DNA from: Chlorokybus atmophyticus | Lineage: Eukaryota > Plantae > Mesostigma and Chlorokybus algae | Direction: 5' to 3' | Length of the DNA stretch: 64,000 nucleotides | NCBI GenBank assembly: GCA_009103225.1 | Contig: RHPI01002069.1 | Location: forward strand, 2,442,846-2,506,845 | Shown here: one piece after another, positions 1 through 13,982 of the stretch | Numbering within the stretch: the first letter of the stretch is position 1 | Layout of the letters: each line of letters begins with the position of its first letter | The notes under the pieces: generated by a model | The model's database searches: none | The model's input: only the letters and a program-made list of their open reading frames with translations | What the model was told of the DNA's origin: nothing | Made by a program: the position numbers and the translations under genes

Positions 1-321
1 CTTCTTTTCGGACTTCAATGCAGCAAACACCCCAGAAAGCGACTTCTCCCGCACCCCTGCATCGGAAGCGGCGGTGGACTCCATCCCGGACGCCGCCGAC
101 GAAGACGAGGACACCGCCGCCGCCGCCGCTGCCGCGGACGCCTCCACCCTGCGCTGCTGACCCCTCCAGGCGGCGGGTCTGGAGACCACTGCTACCTTCC
201 CGCTGCTGCTGCGTCGGCGCTGGCTTGATATCGACACGGGCCTGCTGATGGAGCCGGACAGCGCCGCCGCAGAACCCGTCGACGTCCCGGCGAGCGCCAC
301 CGCCGCCGCCGCCGCCGCCAT
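1..321 (-). CDS. TSA1: 5' end of probable plastid tryptophan synthase alpha chain (transit peptide plus start of mature protein; runs off window)
   Basis: Manual minus-strand translation from ATG 321 is open to the window edge: MAAAAAAAVALAGTSTGSAAALSGSISRPVSISSQRRRSSSGKVAVVSRP...REKSLSGVFAALKSEKK. This is a Ser/Arg/Ala transit peptide followed by a motif resembling TrpA N-termini (S.TF..LK..KVAFIP). Not in the ORF track because it has no stop. Confidence 0.55.
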   Translation of the reverse strand, partial: MAAAAAAVALAGTSTGSAAALSGSISRPVSISSQRRRSSSGKVAVVSRPAAWRGQQRRVEASAAAAAAAVSSSSSAASGMESTAASDAGVREKSLSGVFAALKSEKK

Positions 322-514
322 GCTTGCCCTCAGCCTTACAGTGAACTGGCTATGGGCATGTATATTACTGGTACGAAGTTTGATAGCCAGCGAAAAGGGT
401 GTGGTGCCAGTTTGGTGGCTGTTTTGGATCCTTCGTGCGTGCCGAAACTACTGGTACTGGCAGAAGGCGCAGCCAGTTTGCTCACGTGCGGCCAACTGTT
501 TGGCGGCGGCGGTG

Positions 515-949
515 ATGGCGGCGGCGGCGGCGGCGGCCGCTGCGGCTGCGGGCGTCACTGTGGACGAGGCTGGTCGTGTGCGTGTGCTCGACCCAGACAA
601 GTACGCCCGTAGCACTGCGCTGGCGGAGGAGCTGGCCGCCTTCGCCGGCCGTGCTGGGTCGCTGGCCGGGGCGGCGGCAGGCCTGGCGGCGGCGACGGGG
701 GCGGCCGGCGCCGCAGCGGAGGCAGCCAGGGCCCGCGCCATAGCCCTTGGCGGACGCCTGGTGGCCGAGGGTGCAGTACGAGCCCGGGCGGCCGCGGCTA
801 GGGAGGCGCAGGTGGCGGAGAGGGAAGGGGTGGCCAGGAGGCTGGCGGCGGAGGCGGAGGCGTTGGCGGCGGTGGCCAGAGAGCAGGAGTTGCTCATAGC
901 AAAGCTGTCATCATCAGACGCCTCACCCGCTGTACCCATGCACGCTTGA
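515..949 (+). CDS. IFT20: Intraflagellar transport protein 20, intronless, Ala-rich
   Basis: Within ORF 248..949, from ATG 515. GVTVDEAGRVRVLDPDKY..S..L and EQELLIAKLSSS align by recall with Chlamydomonas IFT20 (GVYFDEDFHVRILDVDKY..S..L; EQELMIQKLSDS). 144 aa, coiled-coil pattern. Confidence 0.8.
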   Translation: MAAAAAAAAAAAGVTVDEAGRVRVLDPDKYARSTALAEELAAFAGRAGSLAGAAAGLAAATGAAGAAAEAARARAIALGGRLVAEGAVRARAAAAREAQVAEREGVARRLAAEAEALAAVAREQELLIAKLSSSDASPAVPMHA

Positions 950-1676
950 CAATTGAGTTGGAAGCAATAGGTGGAGGACTCGCACGCATTGTATGTACAC
1001 CCCTTCACCCAGTCCAACAACCCCTCTTCGTGTCTTAGCCACCAGCAACATTTACATACACTACTTCAATCCAAGCAAAGCCAGACGATGATGCTGTGGC
1101 ATGGGGACAAAATGCAAACATGCATGCTAGGAGCTGCCCAGGCCCAAGATGCAAGAGCTCAGGAGACTTGGAGTAACCCTGCGGAGGTGTACTGTACAGG
1201 CAGGCCGTCATAGACTATCATATAACAAACATAAGGGTTGCAAGCCAGCAACTCAAGCGGAAAAAGGGGGGCCAATGCAGAACATATGATGTACATAGAC
1301 ATACTCTGCAGATTGTGGTCATGCTGTGCGTTGCACTGCATGCACAAGTAGCACATGATTGTTGACTATGACAGTTGGCCTTGGTGGCCATGAGCTTGGG
1401 TGGCTCACACCGCATGATGATGAGATACACAAGGCGGCGACTGATCATGCACAGCATACAGCACGCAAACGCACACACTTACCTTCAGGGCAGGGCAAAC
1501 ATATCATTCTTACGGTGTGTCATAAGCCAATGGGTCAACACAAACAGCGTTTGACAGGACATCTATTATCACCGGCATGAAATAATTTGACATATGACAA
1601 CGGCACCTGCTGTCAGCAGTCAGGTGTCCAATAAGCAATCGACAAGATCAATGTACAACCACTGCGTATGTATCGA

Positions 1677-3979
1677 TTAGGGAGCTTCGGGGTGCATCTC
1701 AAGCTGCGACTTGTGCAATTGAATTTCAGCCAGACGCTCGCTCTCGCTGCGGCCCCAAGTCACCAGAAACAACCCGGACAGGATGAAACACCCGCCGCAT
1801 AAGCTGCAACAAGGGGAAATGGGGTCAAGTTGGATTGCAACCGTGTAATCAGATGATGTGCGTACGTGTGTGCATCTGTGTACGTGTGCTTGCCTTCCGG
1901 CAAAGACGGGTGTGCCAAGGAACACGTGCGACAGCAGCGTGGCGGCGAGCGGCTGCACCGGCAAGTAGAGCGCCACCGTGGCGGGACCAACTTGCTTATT
2001 GGCCCACGCCATCAGGGAGAAGTTGAGCGCCGACGCCACCAGCCCCTGCGTAGTATCAATACAATCTCAACACACTGTTACACAACACAACAACATGACA
2101 GACAACAACAAGCACTTACCCCGTACATGACGGCACCCACGCCCGAAGCATTCAGCTGCCAGTCCGATGTCGAAGTGACAAATAACGCCGTGAAAGCGAT
2201 GCACGCACCGCCACAGCAATATGACCACGCTGTTGTACTGTTCAACACACGAGGAGTTAATACATGCGTTGGAAACTGTTGTCGTATTGGTTATCGACAA
2301 CACAACAAGATTGGTACCTTATGGGTAGGGGGTATTGGCGCAGGACGACACTCTGCAGCGTGAGGTAGAAAGCCATGCACAGGCAGTTGCCAAGAAGACA
2401 GCACACGCCAAGGAAGCGATGGTTGGCATTGAGCGACTGCGAGTGACTATCCGCGTCCTCGTCCCCATCACCATCAACCTCCTTTACACAATAAACTTGA
2501 AACGTACGAGCATGCACGCAAATATTCACACACATACACACACGCGCATGCGCACGCACGGACGCACGCATGTACACACAAATGCGTGTGCATGCTCGCG
2601 CACATGCGGCAACTTGCTCTCATGACATCACACACCAGTCACCTGTTGCAACGTTGTTGCTGGCGTGATGACCGACACACCCTTCCCGCTGGTTGTGGTT
2701 GTTGTCATGTTGTTCGCATGATTGAGCTCGTGCAGCGCGCGATGATGAGGCTGTGGCTGTTGCTGCTGCGCCAACAACAACACCGGCGCGGGCAACACCT
2801 TTTGAAGGCCACTCTGTGCTAAGCCAAGAGGCTGAGACAGAGACTTCGTCAGCTGTGTCTGTGTGTGGCGTTGCGGGTCGATAATAATACAACAACAACA
2901 ACAACTCTCTCTCTGCATGTGCTTACTTACTGCGTGTAAAGCATCAAAGCTTCCTCTCCCGAGCAGCGCGGGGCCTCGGTAGGCCACCATCACCATCGCC
3001 CCGCACACGCACACGGCGATGCCAAACAACTTGGCCACGCCGTCGCGACGCCGCAGCGCAACCGTCTCATTCCTGAACACGTGTGTGGTTGCGTGTGTGT
3101 GATGCCATTGACACAACACACGCACGCACGCAGAGAAAAGAGCTCACACCCACATTCTACTGCCCACGCAACCACACACACACACACACATCACGTTGTA
3201 GTTGTGTGATGAGGGGGTGGGGGTGGGGGTGTGGGTGTGGGTGTACCTGAGGAGTATGGCGAGCAGGAAGGTGAAGACGGGTATGGATGGCTGCATTGCG
3301 GCCGCGTACGGAGGCGAAGTTAACTTCAACCCCACCAAAAACAATAAATGGTTGGCAAAAATCCTGTGGAGATCAAACAACCAATCACATGTGCACTAAA
3401 ACAATGTAACAGTGTGTGCGCCCGAGCATAGGAACCAAACACGCGCACACAGGCACGCACGCGAGCGCTCTCACATTACTTGTCCTTGTGCGCGTGTGAC
3501 GTCTCGAAGTGTGTGTGTATATGTGTGGCAAACTTGTGTCTATGTCGTTAAAACTGAACACGCACGCAACGCCACATGCAAGCGCACAACAGTTCATTGG
3601 TTGTAGAGAGTGACTGGCTGGCTGATTACCCTGTGAAACCGAGCAGGAAGAAATAGAATGCGAGTTTGCGTGAGACGGGTGGCCTTCCTTTTCCCCTATC
3701 TAGGGCGGCGGCGGCGGCGATGACGACCAGGACGGCGAGGAGGTCCCTGAACGTGCAGAACACGAACTCGTTGGCCCCATTGGACAGCGCCTGCTTGGAC
3801 AGGACTTGGTAGCCAGCGTGGGAGAACTGGACGAAGAGGAGGACGGCGTGCACAGCAGCAGGACCTCGCACCCTCCTCCTGACACCGCCGCCGCCGCCGC
3901 CTCCTGCATGCGCCTTGCCACCGCTCACGGACGGCGTCCTGGGCGTCGTCGCCACAGACGGCGTCCTGGCGCTCATCAT
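1677..3979 (-). CDS. WAT1/UMAMIT-like (nodulin MtN21, double EamA) transporter, about 8 exons
   Basis: Exons encode [24 protein letters not shown]; [35 protein letters not shown]; [24 protein letters not shown]; [14 protein letters not shown]; [20 protein letters not shown]; GLFLVTWGR. Splice phases join, stop at 1677-1679. Confidence 0.88.
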
Positions 3980-6130
3980 TGTGACCAAACACAGCCCACC
4001 CTGGCTGTGCAATCAGGCTAGCAGTCTCCTTCTCCTGGTCTTGCTCCTGCTCCGGCCTGGCAGCTGCCGCCCGCTACCCATGGCCTGGCGCTTGTGTTGA
4101 CAGCTCCTCCCTCATTGTCACCCACCTCATCACCTCAGTTCATTGAGGCGGTGGTAACGTGAGATGCTCATTGAGCGGAGGCGGCTGCGGCATTGGAGAA
4201 AGGCGTCCACCCTGCTCCCATCGCCTCAATCGCCGCCTCTTCCGCTGCCAGCAACCAGCACAGCAACCAGTAGGCTGAGGCGCGTGATGAGGCAGGATCA
4301 CCTGTCTTTGTGAACTAATGCGATCCCGATGTGATCCCGAATTCAGTGTTGGCCCGCACTGAACTGCAAGTGTTACAAGTGTGTTGCAGCCTGCACACTA
4401 CCCAAAACTGTACTAATACTGTAGTACAAGTCGTTTATGTGCAAGACCCGTTGTTTGAATACAAGCGCCCTTCAAAGAAGTGGGTAAGGGGATCAACATG
4501 GCATGATAGTGTGCATGAGGGAGGGGTGTGCGTTTGCATGGTTGTCGTATTGGGCTTGTGGCGATGTTAGCGTTATGGCTTTAACACCTTGTCATTGTCG
4601 AATGTACAATGCGTATATGTATAGCAAGAGCGAGTCTCTGCAGTCTGATAAGATGTCGAGGGAGGATGTGTATGTTGAGTTGGGTGATAGAGCGCATGTC
4701 ACCCTGCGTATTGTCGGGCCTTGTGTCCTGGGTACGTTGCGCATCGTAGCGAAGACACGGCCTTTGGCGAGAAGATCCAGTGATACTGAAACTCTCTGGG
4801 CTGCATGCACACAGTATGTGATCGGTATGTATGCAGGATTGACGTGTTGGGTTGCATGAGCAACAAACTTGTTGGGCGTACATCCAGATGATGAGGCCAG
4901 AGAACTGCACAGGAGAACTGCACACCCAACAATTTGCATGCACAGTCAAGCACATGTATCCCTCACTCACTCGCACGCACGCATGCACACACACACACCT
5001 GTGCCAGGGTACAACTTCCTCGCCAAGTCGACAAACTCGCATCTNTCGGGCACCAGCCATGCTCGTTCAGCAACATCTCACCCGTATTGTGTCCGTAGCT
5101 ACAATCCAAATACATCACCATCAAACTGAAAGATCATGCTTATAGCACCAATCTTACTTCATAACATGGAATAATTATAGCACAGAGCGTAAGATGTGGT
5201 TGCAGATTGCGCCTCTAACTAGTTGCCGCAAGCTTGTGCCATGCCCAAGATTCACAGTGTTCGCCGCAAAACCGTGCTATATGCTCAATTTAGCAAACCA
5301 TTCAACATGAGCTCCGTACAAAGTACTTGCTTATTTTGATGTTGACATCAACGTTTATCATGTTAAAGATAATGTCAATTAATCAACGCTTTCAGCGTAG
5401 CGCATAACAACAATGTACAAGATGGGTGCTGCCAAATTATAACACATTGCTTGCGTGCATATGGTTTTATCAGATAGCACACAAGGAAAACGTTTATATA
5501 CAAAGCAATATGTGCTTTGCTCGTTTGCGATGAGAGTTGTTGCTACATAAGGTTAGGTCACACACATGATACGTGTGCTTGATCTGATACAACCATGCTG
5601 TGAGCTTATTGTTATGGAGTAGCCCAAGTTTATATGGGATGCTAATGAGTAGCGTTACATAATCCACTCATCAACCACACGAACAACTTGTGCATATATG
5701 ATTAAGTGGCAAAGGCCATGTGTTCACACGTATAGCTGCAAGCGTAGAAGTAAGGTGTGTTGCCCCCTATGCTGCAACAATCGCTACCATTGGTGCCATT
5801 GTGATAACGATGACTGCTGACACAGGGGGCCAACAATCTTTATTGTGATTGTGCACGAAATCTAAGCCATGCTATGCCTCGTCATGTATATTACACATGT
5901 ATATCAACAGTCAATTCCAATACACACAAGTAACCCTCCAATCTGCTACCATTGGGCAACTATGTTTTGAAACCCGAAACCTGCAAGTTTATAGCAAGTT
6001 AAGGACCCTGACAACACACAAAAAGCGCAAGTATAAGCAACACATCCTACCTTCACACCGGCGATTGTGCGTCTTGTCGAAACACTTTTACATCCCTGTC
6101 TTTCCCTCAAGCGCGTGACCCGCTCTTCCC

Positions 6131-9100
6131 TCAATCAAAGATCCTTATGTTCTCATTTTGCATAGCGAAGAGCTGCGCGGGGTGGGCACGATCACGAGTG
6201 GTTATGCGTGGTGAGTGGTGGATTGGTCTTTGTGCCTCAAGTCAGTTTGACACGCGTCTATTGTGACAAACGCAAACAGCAACTTGCCTGATAGACGTAG
6301 CGTGCAAGGTCGAAAGAGTGCGAGCCCGGGCGCGGCACAGCCGAGTCAAAGTAGTGGTACTTTGTCGCCATCGGCCCGGACTTCCTGTTGTTGAGCGTGT
6401 GTGTGAGAGGAATGCGCAACAACCACATGACGTTGCACTGCTTGTGTTAGGCATGCAAAGGCTTTTCACTTACGTGTCACTGTCACGGTAGGGCTGAAAC
6501 CCATATAGGTCCACCTCATCGCACACCTGCTCGTGCACATACATATGTATCTCATACATATGTGCGTGCATGTGAAGCAGAAAGTGTGAGATGGCACGCA
6601 GGAATGCATGCACACATGCGCGCACGCATCCATGTGCGTGTGCGTGTGCGTGTGTGCACTCGCCTGAAGTGCAAAGAAGAACACGTAGAACCCCGACATC
6701 GGTTTCTCCCCAGTGTATCTCCCCAGCCCACATCTATGAAACCTCCTCCTCAGCTCTCTGTACAGCTGGAACCCCTCCGCGACGAGCCTCGGCGACATCG
6801 CGAGCACGCGTCTGTCGGGGTGGGAGCGCGTGAGCTTCACGTACGACAGACGCCACCAGTGCTCTTTTTCGGTGACTTGGAGACGGGACTTGCCGAGACC
6901 GAATGAACTCGGGTCGAACATCTCGAAGAGGACGAGCTGGGTGTCGCGGGAACGCCAGTTCCAACGGTAACTGATGGACACAGGTGTATAGGTTTATCAC
7001 GCTCACGCAATGAAGTTGTCATTGAGTACAGAGACACGCGCGCATGTACACATACGCGGGAGCATGTGAATGCACATGTGCATGCACGCACTGATACTCA
7101 CACGCGCACACACGCGCATAAGCATGCGCACGCGTGCGCTGGTGCTTATGCACACGCCTGCACACATTCGCATATCGGCACATATAGTTGCACAGTCACA
7201 TACACACACGCACATACACATACACACATGCGTACCCGCGGTGGTCGTCCAGTAGCTGCTTCGTCCAGTACCCGTTGAGGCTCTCGTGTGTCGTGCGCGC
7301 GCCCACGTGCGTCTCGTACCCCTTCACGGGCGCCTGGTTGAACCTCCACACCATGTCGTGCGCGTCGATCTCGCGGCCGTACTCCGCTCTCAACAACGCA
7401 CCGCTGTTGCCAACCTGTGAGGTGGGTGGGTGTGAATATTGTGTGTGCGTGTACGCGGGAGATGCACGTGCATCAGCGTGTGGAGATACATACGATGGCG
7501 CACGTGCCGTATCGCTCCTGCGCGTCGCCTTCGGGCAGGGCAGAATAAAGCATGTTGTCAACCTACGATGCAATGCAAAAGAAAGTTTAGGCACAGCGAA
7601 CTCAAGCGCGTGAACACGTTCTTGCATGTGCGCACATAGACACGCACATGCGCACACACACGCACGCATGTATGCGCACACGCACGCACGCATATGCACG
7701 CACAAGCACACGCACACGCACACGCACACGCACACGCATGAACAACCACCACAACAACGACTGTTGCCCTCACCCTATACACGTCCCCCTCCTTCCTTTT
7801 CCCCCTCGTGACTCCCCTCGGCAGCTCCACGAAGCTCCCGTTCACGACGCACGCGCGGTGGAGGGACAGCGGGCCCACATAACGGACGTCAAGACCGGCC
7901 ACCAACGCCTTGGCCTCGGACGCCATACGATCTGTGGGGTGGATGTTGTTTTTGTTGGTGGAGGTGGTGGTGACATGGTTGTTCACAACAGGTGTAAGTG
8001 TTGTTTACTTGTTACCTATGGAGCAGTCGCTGCCTGCGTAGATGGGATCGCACACGCACGTGCCGTTACGCCAAGACCCGTGTTTGTTGCAATCCACCTT
8101 ATATGACACAGATCACAACCCAACAACATTCACACTCAACACGTGATGTGAGACGAGAGAGAGTGAGCGAGTGCTATTACTCCTCCTTGTGTACACATAC
8201 CGCACATTCGTGTCGTTTGCACACTGGCAGCGTCCCTTGTATCTGGACAGGGGCAAGTGTATGCATCTCGCTGTTGTTCTCTTCCATGTTGGTGCCGCGA
8301 AGGCGCACCAGTTTGGCCGACGCCAGCGTGAGGTACATCAGCCACTCTGTACCTGATAAGAGAGTGTGTGTGTTGATGAGTGTCATGATGGATCACATAT
8401 GTGTGCAATGTAAATCAAAGCCCCACACTTACTCGCACGCTCGCGCTCCTCATCGCCAGGGTCGTAATCGTCGTAATAGTGGTACTTCTTACCGCGCATG
8501 TCCGCCCCATACAAGTCCACACTGTCACATACCTGCAGGGAGAGACAACATTTAGCGACAACAACGACAACAACAACAACAACAATGATGGCAACCACAG
8601 CAGCGATGCCTGTAGTGCAAAGAGAACAGCGTGGAAGGTTGATGAGGCTTCTGTCAGTTGGTTGCGCGAGTCGCCAGTCGTAGAGTGCAGAGCCTCATCA
8701 ATCCTAGCAGCAAGGTAGAGATTGTCATGGGTACAAACTAACAACAACAAGATCCTCACACACAAGTAAGGTCATGACGATGATGATGATGATGATGATG
8801 AACAAGGCAGTCAGGTTGACAGTCACCTGGATGTTATTTTCAAAGCCGCTGCATCAGCGAATGCCGCAAGATTGCGCGACAGATAGATTATGCTGTTGGA
8901 CGGACATCAGCACAAGTACAACATGTCAGTGTTGCCACTGCAAGCATACATGCATGCGCAAGCACGTGTAATGCCCTCTCTCCACGCGCACAAACATACC
9001 AACCTGAACCGTCACAAGCATCACCCACCTTGATGTTGGGAAGAGCTGTCGCAGCTGCACGTACGCCTCCTGCGAGTGCTGCGAGTACAGCACCAGCGTC

Positions 9101-11968
9101 GCCTCCTCAACCCACCTTTCCTTACACACACATACCACATCACACCGACACTGCATCCCAAACACACACGCACGTGTTGGTAGTCGTCTGTACCATCGTG
9201 CGTCTTGCGGTCCGTTCTCCTCGCCGCGCATGAGCATCTCGGTCCAGAAGTGGTTCAGGACCTGGAAGGTGGTCTTGCTGCCAACGTCCGACTCAAAACG
9301 GTGCGTGCCTGCGGGTGAGAGGATGACGAGTGTGTGTGGGGGTAGGTGTGGGTGGGTGTGGGTGTGTGCTGACTCCTGCCCTCTGTCACTCACCTGCGTT
9401 GTGTATGCGGAAGACTGCGTCTGCCTCGTCAATGTTGCCACCGAGCTCACTGCGCACGACATGTGATTGAGAGAGAGCAGACAGTGGCATGCGCTTCGAC
9501 ACGATAGGCTCCTACATTACTGAACATAAACATGCACGTATACACACACGTGCACACGCACACTCATGCGCAGTTCAAAGAATGCAACTCTCGATCACCT
9601 GTTGATAAGGGAGCCCGAGTTGCCCACAACCGCGCACGTATCGTACCTCGCAGCAAAGTCCTCTACACGAAAGCATCAAGCAAAGACCAGGACTCTCTTA
9701 GCCATCACATTACATATCACAACCACCACAGTCCCACCATATACATCACCATCATCGTCACACACACCTGCGGGTATGGCACCCAACAGCTCCGGCGGAA
9801 CCTGGTTCAAACAACACGATCCACATGGTCACTACTCACTCCCATGCAAACATGCGCGCGTGTCAACAGCAACCCCACATCCTCATGCACTCACGGCAAA
9901 GCGCAGACGTGTCTTTGTTACTGGCTCCACGAACTCGACCTCGTATCTGCTCTCACGCACTTGCGCCTTATGTGCAACCAACGACAATGTTGTTGTTGTT
10001 GTTCTCCCCGGCTTCATCGCTAACCCAGCCAGCAGCGACCCCGCCACGTCCCTCACCAAATCATCTGCACATGGCATGGATAGCTGTGATGGTGAGCACA
10101 TTGCTGTTGTTGTTGTTGTTGGCTTACCATCGTATGCGAACAGGGGCACGGGGTTGCTGGACTGAGCGTCATCGACCGCATCACCACAGCCACACACCTG
10201 ATCAATTGACAATAGTATTGGGGAAAAACAGTACCTTCATGTACAACCACAACCACAACAACAACCACTTGCCGTGACTCGCACGGGTAGGTTTGTGCCC
10301 GTGCCACCCGGCGCAACGCATCGGATGGCCTCATCACCAATCCACCTGGTGGCCTGGTACGAACACACACAACTCATGTCATCAACAACATTGAGAAGTG
10401 ACCCACCCGTTGTAAGAGCGTGCATGCTAAACAACAACCCACACCTGGCAGGGTGCCCCGCCGATGCTGACGAGTGGGAACGACTCTGCGGCGCCAAAGT
10501 TCTTGCCTCTTATTATCAACATCTGCGATTGGCGAGTGGGTCAATGGTATGATAAGAACAAGTGTTGGGTGTGAAACAGAAAAAGCACTCACTGTGCCAC
10601 CCGAGCGTGGAGCGTGACTCGGCTCCACCCTCAACACCACCGGCACTGCGTGCGTGTCAAACACAGGGATGCACGTTGAAACAACAACGACAACAACAAC
10701 AAGCAGTATCCCTCACCATCGTAAGAGAAGAGCGCGCTGCGTGTTGAAGACGACGATACGAGCCCATTCACATCAAACTCAATCGCCCGATATGCCCCTT
10801 TTACACATACCCACATCAACACTCACTCCCCACCACCCTCACCATCACACCATCACAACACCACCACCACAACAACAACACCCACAACACCCACAACAAC
10901 TCCTCCTCACCTGTCCCCGGCGGCACCTTGCACCTCAGGACGCTCTCCTCCACCTCCACCTCGTACGTGACGCACGCCACTCCCCCGACAGCAACCCTCT
11001 CGACGGTCTCTCTGGTCCCAAGATTAGAGCCATGTATTGTGATGATAGTCCCGCCCGAAGAAGGACCGTGAGTGGGGTCGATCGAACGAACTGTGAGAAG
11101 GGAGATGTTGTTGGTGGTGTCGGGTGGGGTTGGAGTGTTTGATGCAAGTGTCGCTCTTGCCTTGGGGGCATGTTGGGTCTGCACAGTTGTTGCTGTGGAT
11201 TTGGAGGTTGGCATTGTTGTTGGTGTCGTCGTTGACGTTGTGGTTGCGGGAGTGGGAGTGGGAGAGGCTGCGGGAGGAGCGCGCGAAGAGGGGGAGATCT
11301 GCGAGACAGTGGTGAGCGGTATGAAACCGTGCATATGGCGAGATGTGCGTGCATGAGCGCATGCGTGCGCGCGAGCGCCGGGCGTGCTTGTGTGTGTGGG
11401 TATGCTTGCGTGTGTGCATGTGTGTGCACATGTGGGTGGGTGGGTGGGTGGGCGCGCGTGTGCGGGCGTGTGTGCCTGCGCTGGGTATGCGGGTGCGTGC
11501 AGGTGGGTGCGTGTGCTTTTTCTCACAGTGGGTGTCTGTTGAAGAGGAGGTGTGCCAGATGTCGAAAGAGGGCGCGACGTGCGGGAGGAGAAAAGGCAGC
11601 AACGCTGTGGGGACTATCAAAACCAGAACCTGTCATACCAACAATCAGTGATCTCTCTCCTGCTTGAGGATTCTGACGAGCAGGCACCGTCAATGTGCGC
11701 CATCAAGCGTGCACATACACATACACATACACACAAGCGCGCACGCACGCATGCAAGTATGCACACACTTGTCACGCTTCCATCCCCTCACCAGCAGCAA
11801 CCATGTGCGCTTGGTCCTGGACGATGCGCGAGGAGGAGGATGCAAATGATGTTGTTGATGTTGTTGTTGCCTGCGAGTTGTCTGCGATGGTCTACTGGAG
11901 GAACAGGAGGCGTCCACTGCTGCTGCTGTTGATGATGATGATGATGATGACGGCGGTGCAGATGACAT
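6131..11968 (-). CDS. Type II membrane protein: TM anchor, IPT/TIG repeats, GT29 sialyltransferase-like domain, EGF-like module, second GT29 domain (about 20 exons)
   Basis: TM WLLL|VLVLIVPTALLPFLL; IPT SIDPTHGPSSGGTIITIHGSNLG (about 10910-11100). Sialylmotif L occurs twice (TCAVVGNSGSLI...IDEADAVFRIHNA...FESDVGSKTT at 9220-9650; TCAI|VGNSGALL...IDAHDMVWRFNQAP...HVGARTT at 7230-7520). Motif S FALQ|VCD.VDLYG occurs twice. EGF-like CNKHGSWRNGTCVCDPIYAGSDCS near 8020-8090. Confidence 0.85.
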
Positions 11969-13982
11969 GGCTGGCTACAGAGTAGCTAGTTTCGGCGTCC
12001 CTCCCCTCCCCTTTCCACCCTTCAGTAGTTGCGTCTAGTCATTGAATGAGTGCCGGTGGCCATCGCCGCCGCCCGACGACGACGACAACGACGACGGCGC
12101 TGTGGTGTTTGTCTGGCACGGCCGTTGTGTGTTAGCCTGTCATCACATGACAGTCGCAGGGGAGTCCTGGTCCAGGTCCAGGACTCGTAGCGCAGGGGAG
12201 TCCCGGTCCAGGACGGGGCTTGCTTGAGTTTTCATGAAACAGCCCTTGAAGGCCCTAAGGGCAAGTCACAAGCGGTAACTTGCGATACAACTTCTGTGCA
12301 CCTGCCGCTTTTCTTACATGCTTATCTTCCGGAGCGTGTGACAAGGTATAAGTAATACTCCTGTGACACAATGTGTGTCCAAGTGTGTTGTTTGTGTGTG
12401 ACACAAGAGAAGCAGTTTATAAGATTTGGAATGTATCGCAATGCTTCAAATGCATCGTTATATCTACCATTTTTCGATAAGAGTATAGCCGACCCACATT
12501 TATTTATGAATGCGAGGGGCGCTTTGGTGAGAGGAGACGAAAGATGGATTGAGAGGGGATACGATTACGTGAGCTCAAGTGAGTCAATTTCGTGTGCTTC
12601 ATGAACTCAAATCCATATTTGTAATACGAGCAAGTTTACATATACATATATGGTGGACTATTACGACAAAAGTTTCATGCCAAATATATCATAAACACCA
12701 TTACTTAATATAATATGTATTGAAATATTGAAGACATATTCAAAGCATTGACGCGCGCTGGCGCATCGAAAAATTTAAATGCTCAACCTTGAAATAAATA
12801 AACTCTTTTGCATAAGACAAAAAAGGTTGAGCCTTCTACAGGATTATTAATATTACATACACTGCGATAATAACTTTCAGCTTACGAAAAAGCGATGTCA
12901 GCACAACTGAAAATGCATTATGACTATTATGATTTTTATCAACAATTGTGGCATTCGATCGAATATGGATGTTGCATGCTTTTACAATTTGTTAATAATG
13001 ACTACAATTATGTTCTATTAATGTGTCAGTGTATTGTATATCATATTGTACATATTATACCGTATATGGTATGATTTACATATGGAATTTATATTGTGTA
13101 AATAATTGTAGTAATTACATATCATAACAAAATATAATCATATCTTGTATTATGTAATCGCATTTTATTATTTATCATACTATGGAATTACACTTTTTTG
13201 TTTTTAAATTCAAAATTACGCATAATGACTTGGCCACGAACAGTTTGAACAAGCTACCTATTTGATACTACCATTGTGTAATTATGATTATAACATTTGT
13301 ATGCTGCAGTCTTTAACCCTTCTTGGCCATTTTTTCTACTTCAATATACATGTTTGAATAAGAACTTAATATAAATTATGTGGCATTATATCCGCTGTAA
13401 AAGAGTTGACGCACATGAGCATTCTATACGTGACGAGCATAATAATATTGTTTTTTCTGAATTACTTATTTAATTGTGCTACATATATGTTAAGCAACAT
13501 TGTGTTCACTATAACATATACTAATATTGCTGCATTTGAACATAAAACCAGTGCTGCTAGAACAGCACCTTATAATACACAATTCAAATTTGTGTAATAA
13601 GATGTCTGAACAATCTGATGCGCTTGCCATGTAATGGTTTGGATGCATCCAATGGTGTACCTGTGTTAGCACGTCTTGAATGTGGCAGTTCAACAAAATT
13701 TCGCAATTCGTGTTCGCATGTAAGAGACGTGACACGGGGTCAATGGTCGACGAAAACCCCAGGCTCGCAACGGTATAGCTAGCGTCCCTAGCCTATACAG
13801 TTGCTTCATCGTGAACTGTATGCTTACACAGCGGCTACGCTGTTTCCTTACACAGCGGGCAGCGGGCAGAGCCATAATACGGTTGCTGGGCGCTGCGTTG
13901 GTGGTTGACAGTGGTAGTAGTAGTGGCCAGGCCTGGCGCCTGGCGCATTGGGCGGCGGCGGCGGCATCAAGGAGGAGGCAGC

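Noticed and set aside
12500-13700. AT-rich island as horizontally acquired or organellar DNA
   Set aside because: No recognisable gene; more simply a heavily mutated repeat or intergenic tract.
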